DNA from: Mustelus asterias
Taxonomy: Eukaryota
DNA length: 64,000 nucleotides
Reading direction: 5' to 3'
NCBI RefSeq assembly: GCF_964213995.1
Contig: NW_027590143.1
Coordinates: 372,001 to 436,000, forward strand
The notes beneath the pieces were generated by a model that made no database searches, had not been told where the DNA came from, and saw nothing but the letters and a program-made list of their open reading frames with translations. Each line of letters begins with the position of its first letter. Position 1 is the stretch's first letter. This document shows, piece after piece, positions 50,450 to 63,554 of the stretch. The position numbers and the translations under genes were made by a program.

Positions 50450-51210
50450 CATTCTTTCATTTCTTCCGTTGTTTCATTTTTCATTTTTAAAAAAAATCTC
50501 ACTTTCCACCTTTTTCTAAATTCACTACTGTCTCCCCTCCCCGCACCTCAGCACGGCCATCTGTTGCATGTTTCATGTTGTCCTTTGACATTGTGGTTGT
50601 CCGCACTGAAGGAGGAATCAGTTGTCTGCAAAGGAATAACCTCATGTCGAGGAACAGAGATGGACACACTTAAAGTGGAAGATGAAACTTCCAAGTGATT
50701 TAATCAGTGGACGAACTGAACTTTAGCACCAAAAGCAGAAAATGCTGGATAATCATGACAGGTCTGACAGCATCCGTGATAAGAGAGCAGAGATAAATTT
50801 TCGAGTCTGGATGACTCTTCGGCAGTGCTGTTGACAATAGAGAATAGGATTTGATATATTCTGCTGTGGTGAGGAAGGGGAGGAGGGGGAGCTGTGAGGA
50901 CTGTATAGAGAGCCAGTGCTTGGTGGAGACTGGAGAGATTGATAAAGGTGTCCGAGACAAAAAGACAAAGCGAATATAAGCCGTGGTGACCATGGCTATG
51001 AACAGTGTTGATGGCAACCCATTAAGCGATCAGAATATGTAAATAGCAAAGGTAAGACGTGCGGACAAAACACAATGTCAAATTACAACCTGAAACATGC
51101 AACAGATGGCCGTCCTGAGGTGTGGGGAGGGGACACAGTGGTAAAGAAAGAAAGATGGAAAATGAGATTTAGAAAAAATTAAAAATATGTAACAACGGAA
51201 GAAATGAAAG
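50450..51210. mobile_element. Penelope-like remnant with about 155-bp inverted arms, in the GPCR no. 2 intron
   Basis: 50450-50606 is the reverse complement of 51059-51210 (imperfect); pLTR/HHR-like CTGCCGAAGAGTCATCCAGACTCGAAA on minus at about 50798-50825. Confidence 0.65.
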
Positions 51211-51607
51211 TAAAATGCAATGGAAAAGAAAATAAACAGAACTTTAGTATTGGCTTGTAAGTCAACAGCGACTAGTCAAGCCGATCTCATGGAGAATGAA
51301 ACAGGTAACAGTTCACTGGCTCGTTGTCTATGAGAACACCTCTGCTAATCAGAGTTTACCTTTCCAACAATTAACACCCTTTTCTCATTTATTCGAAATT
51401 ATCGCTCCCTTCATGATTGGGTATTATTGTCAACTGTCCTGCGAATTCCAAAATGACAAGTTTTGGCAGCATATATGTGTATTTCTTTGAGCAATACTCC
51501 AGACACATTATCCAGTCAAAGTTGGAAATGATACAATTAATATTTGAGACAGAACAGGGATAGATGATCAATGATTCTGGAAATGACAAATGAATTGGAA
51601 TGATTAC

Positions 51608-51677
51608 CTGGAACTCCGATAGCTGCAAGGACCGGATAGTAAATTGAAAACACCAGACCTTTCGGTGATCCATGCAT
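51608..51677 (-). CDS. GPR139-like GPCR no. 2, exon 1
   Basis: MHGSPKGLVFSIYYPVLAAIGVP plus 1 nt, GTAATC donor, phase 1; TATAAA at 51759-51764. Confidence 0.88.
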
Positions 51678-52399
51678 GTCAGCCTCTGAGATTAGTCAGC
51701 AACGAGGTAAAAGTTGGAGTTCTGGGTGCGTTTTTAACTATGCTGAGGCATTGTCTTATTTATATCCGATGTCAGGCTCAAGGGAGTTAATAGGAGAATT
51801 TGATCCTTTGCACTTAATTGACTAATTAAAGTGCATGAACACGCACAGCTGCTTCCATGTTCTTGCTTATTCCTTTCGGAATAGATGGTTTTGCAAATTA
51901 TTTGTCATGGTTGCAAAGTAAGCCAAGTATATGAAAATTTCTCGGGTGAAATTATTGCATGCTGCACGAAGTGTACTCAGTACAAGTTTTCACAGACCAG
52001 AGATTTTATATAGAAAAGCACAATCAACTGTTCTTCCTTGATCACTGGCCTTGCACAAAATGACCCCCCATTATATTGGACTGTTCTTTATTTAAAGAAA
52101 TTGCCCATGCGTTTAATGTGGATTACTGCTGTTTAGCACACAGAATTTGATGTCGATAGACCCAGTACATCATGCTTACTTAAAGTACATTCTTGCCTAT
52201 TTCATTGTCATTGTTTTCAATGTGAACGTTTCAAATTCCACAGATGTGTTCTCGACATGGACAGGTCCTGCTCAATGACTGTAAATTCATTGTATTCTAT
52301 CGCAGATTAACATTAGTTTCTTTCTGGCTGCAGAAGTTCATATCAGTGCGTCTACATTTAATATGTGCCGTATCGTTCCAGATTTGAACACTGAAGCTC

Positions 52400-53443
52400 T
52401 TGATTGAGTTTTTTGGATGGGTAATCAGGAAGTTGGAGTTCTGGGTGCGTTCTTAACTATGCTGAGGCATTGTCTTATTTATATCCAATGTCAGGCTCAA
52501 GGGAGTTAATAAGAGAGTTTGATCCTTTGCAGGATGAGGGCAGTGCAGTCGACGCTGTGTAAATGGAATTTAGCAACGCCTTTGACAAGATACCACATGG
52601 TAGGTTGTTGCATAAGGTTAAATCACATGGGATCCAGGATGAGATAGCCCATTGGATACAAAATTGGCTTAATTACAGAAGACAGAGAGTGGTTGTAGAG
52701 GATTTTGTTTCAAACTGGAAGCCTGAGACCAGTGGTGTGCCTCCGGGATCGGTGCTAGGTCCACTGTTGTTTGTCATTTATAATCAATGATTTGGATGAG
52801 ACATTAAGAGACATGATTAGTAAGTTTTCAGATGACAGTAAGATGAGTAGCATAGTGGACAGTGAAGAAGGTTATCTCGGATTACAACAGGATCTCGATA
52901 AATTGGGTCAGTGGGCCAATGAAAGGCAGGTGGAGTTTAATTCAGATAAATGCGAGGCGATACAATCTGTTAGATCAAACCAGCGCAGGGAAAACTCATC
53001 TAATGGTTGGGCGTTGGATAGAGTTATAGAACCAAGATATCTAGGACGACAGGTTCATTGCTCCTTGAAAGTAGAGTCACAGGTGGACAGGCTGGCGAAT
53101 AAAGCATTCGGCATGCTTGGTTTCATTGGTCAGAACATTGAATACAGGAGTTGGGAAGTGTTTTTGAAGTTGTGCAAGGCATTTGTAAGGCCACACTTGG
53201 AATACTGTTTACAGTTCTGTTCACCCGATTATAGAAAGAATATTATTAAACTAGAAAGAGTGCAGAAAAGATTTAATCGGATGCTACCGGGACTTGATGG
53301 CCGAGTTATAAGGAGAGACTGGATAGACGAGGAAACGCACGCAGACATGGGGAGAACATGCAAACTCCACACAGCCAATGACCCGTGGCCGGAATGCAAC
53401 CCCTGGTTCCCTTGTGCTGTGACGCGTTGCCACCATGCTGCCC
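52400..53443 (+). mobile_element. CR1 fragment (52400-53327) containing a 102-bp host insertion, followed by an antisense V-SINE head
   Basis: EFSNAFDKIPHGRLL..GSVLGP..FSDDSK..RPHLEYC. Confidence 0.85.
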
Positions 53444-55554
53444 TACAATTACAAATTATTGTAATTACCAATTGGATTGTCCACACATTCCCTGAATACT
53501 GATAATTCACTATTGCAGTTACATTGGAACGAGACACATTGACTATTTAATACTTCAATCTCCCCGCTCAATTTTTCCCTGTGGATGTAATTTCTTAAAA
53601 GTGGCAGCAGATTCTGATGGCTCACCATGGAATGGAACGTAGCCCCACTCAGTCAGACTTGTGCTGAGGTGTTTAACTTGCTGACCACGCTGTCAGGTTT
53701 ATTACCAGTTTGGACGGACTTCTCTGATTTTCATGTTCTTCGGGCTTGGCGAGATGACTCCACAACGCGTGTTGGCAACGCTGCAGGTTAAGGTCACGGT
53801 GGCCTCCAGTAAGTCCTGTTCTATTGGTGGTGGCAGTAGAGTAACTACATGATTGGTCCACCAGGAATCACTTGGGAAGCACAAATGAACGTCAACCAGA
53901 GCATCATCTTCAAAATGTGAACATCAGTATTCCTCTTTCATTTCAAAAATCTAAATTTATATTTGTGACATTTGGCCTCTCACCGTTGTGTTGACACCAT
54001 CATTATTTGAAGGACAGAGGGTTATAACAATGATGGGAAACTCAATAATCCCTGTGTATTTCTACCCAGAGTCACTGGTCATGGCAAAACCAAATACCTT
54101 TGAAACCAATGGAATGGATACGGATATAATGTTGTTGAATCATCAAGATATCAACCGTTCGGAGAATGATAGCATGTTTGCAGCCGATCAGGAGCTCTGC
54201 ATATGTAGCTCTGCACATATTTCCATGTCTTACAATGAGTGACAACATTACCAGAAAGCTTGTCAATCTCCTTTCTTTAGAGTTTAGCAAATGTTCGGGC
54301 GAATTAAATGAAAATTTCTCACAGTGTGAAGAATATCGGTGTCAGTATCACCGCAGCTGCATTCATGAGATAACAATCCCTAATTATTGCTTAACATTCC
54401 CCCTCGTTTTCATTTATATACTTTAAGTATATAACAAACAATAATGGCTCTAATACTGATCCTTGTGGTACACCGCTTTAAACCATACTCCAGTCACTCG
54501 AACAACCTTCTACCACTATAATTTCTGTCCTATGACATATTTGCTCCCCTATTTCCCTCTCACTCCTTGGGGGCCTATGATACATTTCCACTAATGTGGC
54601 TGTCCCCTTAACATTCCTAAGTTCTAAGCACAATGCCTTGTTTGAAGATCTTTCCAAGATATCATCTCTCCTTACAGCAGTAATTGTCTCCTTGATTAAT
54701 AGTGCTATCCCACCTCCCTTTTTACACCCTCCTCTGTCTCGCCTGAAGATTCTATACTTGCTGAAGTTTGAATACTGAAACAATTATTTAAAATTATCTT
54801 CTCTGATTTATTGTTGGTGGCAGGTCCTGGGGCAATGGTATGGCCCAGATGCCGAATTGTACACAGAGATTATGCTTTGAGATTTCAGATAGTTTGGAAG
54901 CATTTGCTGATTTTCAGACATGTCTTAATTTTTACAAAGTATTCTTGTTTAAGTGATTGATCTGGAGACTATAACTATGTAGGGGTGTAAACAAAAGTAA
55001 ACTATTGGGGAATCGAAATTCAGTTTTGCTTCTGTTTCAACCACGGACAAGAAACATTTCCAAAGCACAGGAATAACGTCTTTCCGGGGGGAAAAATGTC
55101 GCAATAACGAATCATTCAGGTTACGGTTTGAAACTGTGAGTAACGCTGGATGTTTCAGCGATGATGAATAGGTTAAGGATTCTGGCACTCTTCGTGTGAG
55201 ATGGCTGAGGAGGGAAATATTGTTGAACAAGCGCAGGAGGCGAGACCACTGATTCCAGGAAAACACATAGTGTGGATGAGGAAAGATGTGCCTCTTTCAA
55301 TGAAGTTGTACGTGTGAAGCTATGCTGTCGTGTGACTACTAATATAACATTGCTTTCATAAAAGGACCGGGGCTCGACCTGTTTTCAAGGGAGTTGTGGG
55401 TTCTTGCAGTTACATAATGCCAGAGATAGTGGACGGACAACTGAAAAACTTAGTAAGGTATAATTGTGTGACATGTAATCAACAACAAATCCAAAAACAT
55501 AATTTGTGAAAAAGAATGGCAATGTCGATTACAGTCCTGAATCATCAAATTTCC

Positions 55555-55760
55555 AGGATGGCACGGTAGTCCAGTGGTTAGCACCACTGTCTCACAGCGC
55601 TGCGGTGGTATTCCCAGCTTGTCTGTACGGAGCTTACACGTTCTCAACACATCTGCGTGAATTTCCTCTGGGTGCTCTGTTTTTCCCCCCACAGTCCGAA
55701 AGACATGCTGGTTGAGTGCAGAAGCCATAGTAGAAGTTGTGACAATAATAAACATACTTA
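55555..55760 (+). mobile_element. Internally deleted V-SINE ending in TTGTGACAATAATAAA
   Basis: GGCACGGTAGTCCAGTGGTTAGCAC head, partial V-domain. Confidence 0.65.
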
Positions 55761-55929
55761 AAAAAAATAGTATCCTCTAATTGTAATAACTGAATTTATA
55801 ATAGTGGCCGTTAAACAAGAGAGAAGGTCAAGAGCGACCTGTCGCCGTGTTTCCCTTGCGATCAGACAATGTCATAAAAATGTATAATATCGAGTTAAGC
55901 AAGCTATTCAATGAAGTTTCTTAAAATAT

Positions 55930-56530
55930 TTGATTTTGATTTGATTTATTATTTTCACATGTATTAACATATTGTGAAAAGTATTGTTTCTTGCGCGCTA
56001 TACAGACAAAACATACCATTCATAGAGAAGAAAACGAGAGAGTGCAGAATGCACCATTACAGTCATTGCTAGGGGAGAGAGAAAGATCAACTTAATGCAG
56101 GGTAAGTCCATTCAAAAGTCTGACAGCAGCATGGAAGAAGCTGTTCTTGAGTCGGGTGGTACGTGACTTCAGACTTTTGTATCTTTTTCCCGAAGGGAGA
56201 AGGTGGAAGAGAGAATGTCCGGGGCGCGTGGGGTCCTTTGCTGGGGCAGCTGGAAGTGTAGACAGAGTCAATGGATAGGAGGCTGGTTTGCATGATGGAT
56301 TGGGCTATATTCACGGCCTTTTGTTGTTCCTTGCGGACTTGGGCAGAGCAGGAGCCATACCAAGCTGTGATGCAATCAGAAAGAATGCTTTCTATGGTGC
56401 ATCTGTAAAAGTTGGTGAGAGTCGTAGCTGACATGCCAAATTTCCTTAGTCTTCTGAGAAAGTTGGTGTGCTTTCTTAACATGGGAGACCAGGACAGGTT
56501 GTTGGTGATCTGGAAACCTAAAAACTTGAA
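55930..56530 (-). mobile_element. Rex1/Babar 3' fragment
   Basis: FLRRLRKFGMS..YRCTIESILS.CITAWYG; (TCAAA)n tail. Confidence 0.88.
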
Positions 56531-57029
56531 TCGTGTGGATTTATGGAAGCTGACGGAAAATATTAAGACGCATTTGTAAATAAAATATATAAATCCACAG
56601 ATGATTGTTGTCGGTCGTAAGTTAGAATCCTCAAATGAGAGTTTGGAATCAGAGATAGAAAAGCCCACTGCTTAATGAAACCTCAAGAAAATATATGACG
56701 TCTCAATTTCAGTTGACGACATCTGAGTTCATGATTTAATAGAGTTGCCTTGTCAAATTACCATGGATGCATTGTCATTAACAGTACAACGTTGATCTAC
56801 CTACCAATATCAGATCGTAGATCACCACGTTTGGAACTTTGGAATCAATCATAAAGACTTTACAGCGTGCAAGCAGTTTTGGGATGTTATAAATAATGTT
56901 TTAAAAAGCTATAGCATTAGAAACTTTTTGGAGTCGGTGAAAGTCATGCTTTAAATTCACCTGTGCAATTTGTCTGGAGAGAGACAGAAACACTGAATTA
57001 CATTATATTTAAAAAATTGCCAACGGACG

Positions 57030-57990
57030 CGGGAATCGGAGTCAGAAACTGAAAATGCTGCAAAGTCTCTGCGGATCCGTCCGCATCTGTGTAGAGAGAA
57101 AATAAAATTACTGTTGCAAGTGCATGAGAGATTGATATTAAAAACTAAAGAGAAGAGACGCATGATGGATAATTTATTGTGCAAGCGGTGGTGTGGCAGC
57201 TGCAGCAGATAAGCAGGATCTGGGAGCCAGGAGAATTGCATCCCCGATGTGTTTCCATAAGTCATATTAAGCGTTAGCAGACTGAGAAGTCGCTAGTAGT
57301 TGCATAAAGTTAAAATATAAGAACGTCTGAATAGGAGAATAAAGGTCAGTGCCCCGTGAAAGCAGAACTATAGAAGGCAGATGGCCAAATGGGACAGAGG
57401 TTTTTTATTCGAAAAATAAACAATTCTCTTCATATAAGAAAAAGCTTCACAATGGAGGAGAAATGTCACAGTCGAAAGATGTTATATTTTGTGTTGAGTC
57501 CTGAGGGCTATAACATACCTAATCAGAAGATGAGGTGCTGCTTTTCAAGTTTGCATTGGCCTTCAGCCGAGATCTTCAGCAGGCCAAAGACGTATATGCG
57601 TGCGTGAGATCAGTGCTGAGTTCAAATGGCAAACGACGGGAAGATTTGATTCGTGCTTGTGAACTGAATGAATATGCAAAGCAGCATCCAGTCTCGGCTT
57701 AATCTCCCAATGTCGAAGAGACTACTCTTCCAGCAGCAAATATGGTGAACAACATGGAAGGAGTGAAATATTGCATCTCTCGCAAGTAAGTTAAGGGCCT
57801 TGACTGGTGAGGAGATAAAGGGGAAGGTTTGCAATTTCTGCTATTGCAAGAGAAGGTGTGCGGGACGGGAATCAGGAGTTAGATGTGATGGAGGAGTGGA
57901 CCTCAGTATCACCGAGGATGTCGTCCCAGAGGAATGCTGACGGTTTGCTTGAGGAAAGTTGTGTTTTGTGGGCTGTCAAGGTGGAGTTAG
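57030..57990 (-). mobile_element. Old Penelope-like fragment
   Basis: Antisense GIY-YIG C-terminus (KLEKQHLIF.LG.L.PSGLN) at about 57490-57560; pLTR-like segment 57040-57110. Confidence 0.55.
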
Positions 57991-58097
57991 GTGATATTTT
58001 GAATCCAACAGAGAAAATGCTGGAAAATCTAAGCAGGTCTGGCAGCATCTGTAAGGAGAGAAAAGAGCTGACGTTTCGAGTCCAGCTGACCCTTCTG

Positions 58098-60300
58098 CTT
58101 GAACAAGGGGGATTACAATAGGATGGCTAATGTAGACTGGGAACACAGACTAATTGGTGGGACAGTTGAGGGACAGTGGAGGATTTTTAAGGAGGTTTTT
58201 CTCAGTACTCAGCAAAAATATATTCCAGTGAAAAAGAAGGAATGTAAGAAAAGGGATAGCCAGCCATGGATAACTAAGGAAATAAAGGAGAGTATCAAAT
58301 TAAAAACCAATGCATACAGAATGACCAAAATTAGTGGGGAACTAGAAGATTGGGAAGGCTTTAAAAAACAACAAAGAACTACTAAGAAAGCAATAAAGAA
58401 AGGAAAGATAGATTATGAAATTAAACCAGCACAAAATATAAAAACTGACAGTAAAAGTTTTTACAAATATTTAAAACGGAAAAGAGTGGCTCAAGTAAAT
58501 GTTGGCCCCTTAGAAGATGAGAAGGGGGATTTAATAATAGGAAACGAGGAAATGGCCGAGGCCTTAAACAAGTATTTTGTGTCGGTCTTCACAGTGGAGG
58601 ACACAAATAGCATACCAATAATTGACGGTCATGGGACTGTAGGGGTGTGGACCTTAAAACGATCACTATTACTAAAGAGGTAGTGCTGGGTAGGCTAATC
58701 GGACTAAAGGTAGACAAGTCCCCTGGTCGGATGGAATGCATTCCTGGGTACTAAAAGAAACGGCAGAAGTAATAGCAAATGCATTAATTTCAATTTATCA
58801 AAATTCACTGGACTCTGGGGAGGTGCCAGCTGATTGGAAAACAGCTAATGTGACGCCACTGTTTAAAAAAGGAGGTAGTCAAAAGGCAGTTAACTACAGG
58901 TCGGTTAGCTTAATATCCGTAGTTGGGAAAATGCTGGAATCCATCATTAAGGAAGAAATAGCAGGACACCTGGAAAAGAATGGTTCAATCAAGCAGTCGC
59001 AGCATGGATTCATGGAGGGAAATTCATGTTTGACTAATTTACTGGAGTCTTTTGAGGATATAACAAGTGCGGTTGACAGGGGGGAACTGGTAGATGTGGT
59101 GTATTTAGATTTCCAGAGGCATTTGATAAGGTGCCTCACAAAAGGTTGCTGCATAAGAAAAAGGTTCACGGAGTTGGAGGTAAAGTGTTAGCGTGGATTG
59201 AGGATTGGCTCTCTAACAGAAAGCAGAGAGTCGGAATAAATGGGCGCTTTTCCGGTTGGCAATCAGTGACTAGTGTCGTGCGGCAGGGATCGGTGCTGGG
59301 GCCTCAACTATTTACCATATACATAGACGATCTGGAGGAAGAGACCGAGTGTAGGGTAACAAAGTTTGCGGATGACACAAAGATGAGTGGGAAAGCAAAT
59401 TGCATGGAGGATACAGAGAGTCTGCAGAGCGATTTGGATAGCTAAGTGAGTGGGCAAGGATCTGGCAGATGGAGTATAACGTTGGTAAGTGTGCGGTTAT
59501 CCACTTTGGAAGGAATAATAGTAAAATGGACTATTATTTAAACGGTGAAAAATTACAACATGCTACTGTTCAGAGGGACCTGGGGGCCCTTGTGCATGAA
59601 TCACAATAACTCAGTTTGCAGGTGCAGCAGGTAATCAAGAAGGCAAATTGAATTTTGGCCTTTATCGCGAGAGTGATGGAGTATAAAAGCAGGGAGGTCA
59701 TGCTGCAACTGTACAGGGTACTGGTGCGGCCGCACCTAGAGTACTGTGTACAATTTTGGGCCCCTTATTTCAGAAATGATATATTAGCTTTGTAGGGGGT
59801 AGAGAGAAGGTTCACCAGGTTGATTCCGGAGATGAGGGGGTTAGCTTATGAGGAGAGATTGAGTAGACTGGGCCTGTACTCATTGGAGTTTAGAAGGTTG
59901 AGGGGAGATCTTGTAGAGACATATAAGATAATGAAGGGGCTAGACAGGGTAGAAGCAGTGAGGTTATTTCCACTTACAATGGAAAGAAGAACTAGGGGGC
60001 ATAACCTCAAAATAGGGAGGAGTCAATTTAGAATAGAGTTGAGGAGGAACTTCTTATCCCAGAGGATAGTGAATCTTTGAAAATTTCTGTCCAATGAAGC
60101 AGTAGAGGCTACCTCGTTAAATGTGTTTAAGTCACATACAGGTAGATTTTTAACAATTAAGGAAATTAATGTTTATGGGGAGCGGGCGGGTAAGTGGAAC
60201 TGAACCCACTCACAGATCAGCCAAGATCTTATTGAATGGCGGAGCAGGCTCGAGGAGCTAGATGGCCGACTCTTGCTCCTATTACTTATGTTCTTATGTT
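58098..60300 (+). mobile_element. CR1-clade LINE, 5'-truncated, several frameshifts and stops
   Basis: QPWITKEIK, DWKTANVTPLFKKG, QGSVLGPQLF, FADD; (TTCTTATG)n tail. Confidence 0.93.
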
Positions 60301-60444
60301 CTTTGTGAAAGCTAAAAGGCATAGAAAATGGGAGATATTTATACTGCAGGATGGGGGAAATGAAAGATGAGGCATAGCCACAGAAACCAGGGGAAAGGCT
60401 CCTAATGGCAGTCCGTAGATGGAATAAAAGGTGTGAATGGCAAA

Positions 60445-61228
60445 GTTTTGGTTTGATTTGATTTGATTTGATTTATTATTGTCACATGTATTAACATACA
60501 GTGAAAAGTATTGTTTCTTGCGCGCTATACAGACAAAACATAGCATTCATAGAGAAGGAAACGAGAGAGTGCAGAATGAACTTTTACAGTCATAGCGAGG
60601 GTGCAGAGAAAGATCAGATTAATGCAAAGTAAGTCCATTCAAAGGTCTGACAGCAGCAGGGAACAAGCTGTTCTTGAGTCGTTTGGTACCTTTCCCGAAG
60701 GAAGAAGTTAGAAGAGAGAATGTCCGGGGTGTGTGGGGTGCTTAATTATGCCGGCTGCTTTGCCGAGGCAGCGGGAAGTGCAGACAGAGTCAATGGATGA
60801 AAGGTTGGCTTGCGTGCTGGATTGGGTTACATTCACGACCTTTTGTAATTCCTTGCGGTCTTGGGCAAAGCAGGAGCCATACCAAGCTGTGATACAACCA
60901 GAAAGACTGCTTTCTATGGTGCATCTGTAAAAATTGGTGAGAGTCATAACTGACATGCCAAATTTCCTTAGTCTTCTGAGAAAGTAGAGGCGTTGGTGGG
61001 CTTTCTTAACTATAGTGTCCGCATGGGGCACCAGGGCAGATTGTTGGTGATCTGGACACCTAAAAACGTAAAGGTCTCGACACTTTCTACTTCGTCCCCA
61101 TTGATGTAGACAGCGGCATGTTCTCCTTTACACTTCCTGAAGTCGATGACAATGTCCTTCGTTTTTTTGACATTGAGGGAGAGATTATTGTTGACGCACC
61201 AGTTCATCAGATTCTCTATCTTATTCCT
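60445..61228 (-). mobile_element. Rex1/Babar 3' fragment
   Basis: NNLSLNVKKTK, KKAHQRLYFLRRLRKFG; (TCAAA)n tail. Confidence 0.9.
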
Positions 61229-62217
61229 GGAAGAGAAGCTAAAATCAGCGGGTAAGCTGTGACAGATGAAGATGTGGAGGGAAGGGGGGAAATGGGTAGG
61301 GGAGAGGTAAAATTTAGAAAGAGGGGGAAAGGGGATGAAAAGGTAAGGAAAGGGGGGATAAAGTAGGGGGAAAGTGTGAGGTGAGAACATTGAAGAAAGA
61401 CAATAAAGAACTAAAAGGTAAAGAACAGCAACAAAAAAAATTAAAACAAAATGAAAACGAAGGGGTCGAGGCAAATCATCTGAAGTTGTTGAATTCGATG
61501 TTGAGACTGGCCTGTGCACAATCAGGACCCTGACCTTCCAGTTGATTGCCATTTTAACATACAATCCGGCTCTCATGCCCACATGTGTGTCCTTGGCCTG
61601 CTGCAATATTCCTGTGAAGCTCAACACAAACTGGAGGAACAGCATCTCATTTTCAGGCTAGGCAATTTACAGCTTTCTCCCCCCTCCCACCGCATCTTCA
61701 TGTGTCACAGCTTATCCTCTGGTTTCCGCTTTTCTGCTGTTAGGCCATTCACAGCTTTTATTCTCTCTCTGTGGACTGCCATTAGCAGCCTTTCCCCTCG
61801 TTTTTGTGCCTCAGACTCATCTTTCATTCCCTCACCTTGCAGTATAAATATCTCCCAATTTCTATGCATTTTAGCTTTGACAAAGCGTTATCTCGACTCG
61901 AAACCTGTTCTTTTCTCTCCTCACAGATGCTGCCAGACCTGCTGAGATTTTCCAGAATTTTCTCTTTTGGTTACAGATTCCAGCATCCGCAATAATTTGC
62001 TTTTATTTCATAATATTTTGAATGTGAGGCTTGGTAAGGTGGAAAGTGAGGGCAAATGGGATCCTGCCTCTAGGAAGGAGGGGAAGCGGTGAGAGTCAAA
62101 CATGGTTTCATGCCATTTCAACCACAGTGGGGGAAGTGGGGGACCCTCGGTTTGAGAAAAAGGCGGACATGTAAGAAGCACTGTTTTCAAAGGTGGCATC
62201 AATGAAACAATCAGAAG

Positions 62218-62535
62218 ATCATAGAATCTACAATGCAGAAGGAGGCCTCTTGTCCCATTGAGCCTGCACCGACGTCATTCCCACCCAGGCACTATTCCCG
62301 GAACTCCAAATATTTGCAGTCCTAATCCTCTGACACTAAGTTGCAATTTATCATGGTCAATAAACCTAACCCGCGCATCTTTGGACTGTGGGAGCAAACC
62401 AGTGCACTCGGAGGAAACCCATACAGACATAGGGAGAATGTACAAACTCCACATAGACAGTCACCCGAGGCCGGAATTGAAACTAGGTCCTTGGCGCTGT
62501 GAGGCAGAAGTGCTAACCATTCCACCATGTCACAC
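62218..62535 (-). mobile_element. V-SINE, CR1-type tail
   Basis: Full head, V-domain and tail on minus. Confidence 0.82.
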
Positions 62536-63554
62536 AATGCGACAGAATTGGAAAAGGTGGGATGGAGTCCATTCAGAAATTGGGATCAGACGATCTTTGG
62601 ATAGCGCATGTGTGGGAGTCAGTGGAAATATAATGACTATCGGTGGTCATTCTATCCTCGGGAATGCAGAGAAAGATAGGGATCTCGGAAGTAAGTGAAC
62701 GTCTTGTTGATGGACTATGTGAAGATTTGATTTGATTTGATTTATTATTCTCACATGTATTAGTATACAGTGAAATGCATTGCTTCTTGCACGCTGTACA
62801 GGCAAATTATACCGTACATAGCGAAGGAAAGGAGAGAGTGCAGAATGGAGTGGCAGATGGATGGAAAATGGACGGAGAAGAGATAGGAGTTCCCAGGTCC
62901 ACATTAGATTATGAGTGAGACCAAATATCCTTGAATTGAATGTTTTTTTGGAGCGCACGTAAATAAACTAGAACAAAGATGTGTCACACAGACCATTAAG
63001 AAATCAAACAGTCATGTGGCCCATGTGTGTACCCAAAGCCTCAACTTTAATTTTCAGGATGTAAGAAAGGTTAAAGGGATTTTTGTGAGTACATTCAGAT
63101 AGATGGAGGAGAGTCGTCGTAGACAGGAATTTTCCAAACCTCTCATGACAAAAATAAAGCAAACGGTCAGATTTTCAGTCTCTCGGTGAAACATGGAGGT
63201 GCACAGGGATTGGGCATCCATTGTGCGGAAAAGGCAAGTAGGGTCACTGAAATTGAAAACTATTCAATGACGTAAGACAGCAAATGAATCACGAATGCAG
63301 GTGGGAAGAACCTGGACGCTTTATATATATATGTAGTCTTAAGGTCTGTCACTTTAGAGCCATCAAAATCTCACAGACAGTGAAAAAAAACATTTCCGTC
63401 AACACATAAACACCAGCTGAACAGCTGCTGCACTAACTTGTTTGTTATTTTTTTTTAAAAACGAACCATCTAATTATCTCTTGAGAGCCCGACGTCGGGT
63501 ATATATCTAATTAATTTAAGTAATTTTCAGAACGCACTCAATTTTTTGGTAGAA

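Larger units (their letters stand above)
58000..62200. mobile_element. Penelope-like element with inverted architecture (- 58000-61510, + 61515-62008), split by CR1 and Rex1
   Basis: + strand PDLPVDCHFN..EAQHKLEEQHLIFRLG (GIY-YIG C-terminus) then pLTR; the same pLTR antisense at 58000-58097 and 60303-60445; RT-side fragment 62010-62200. Confidence 0.75.
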
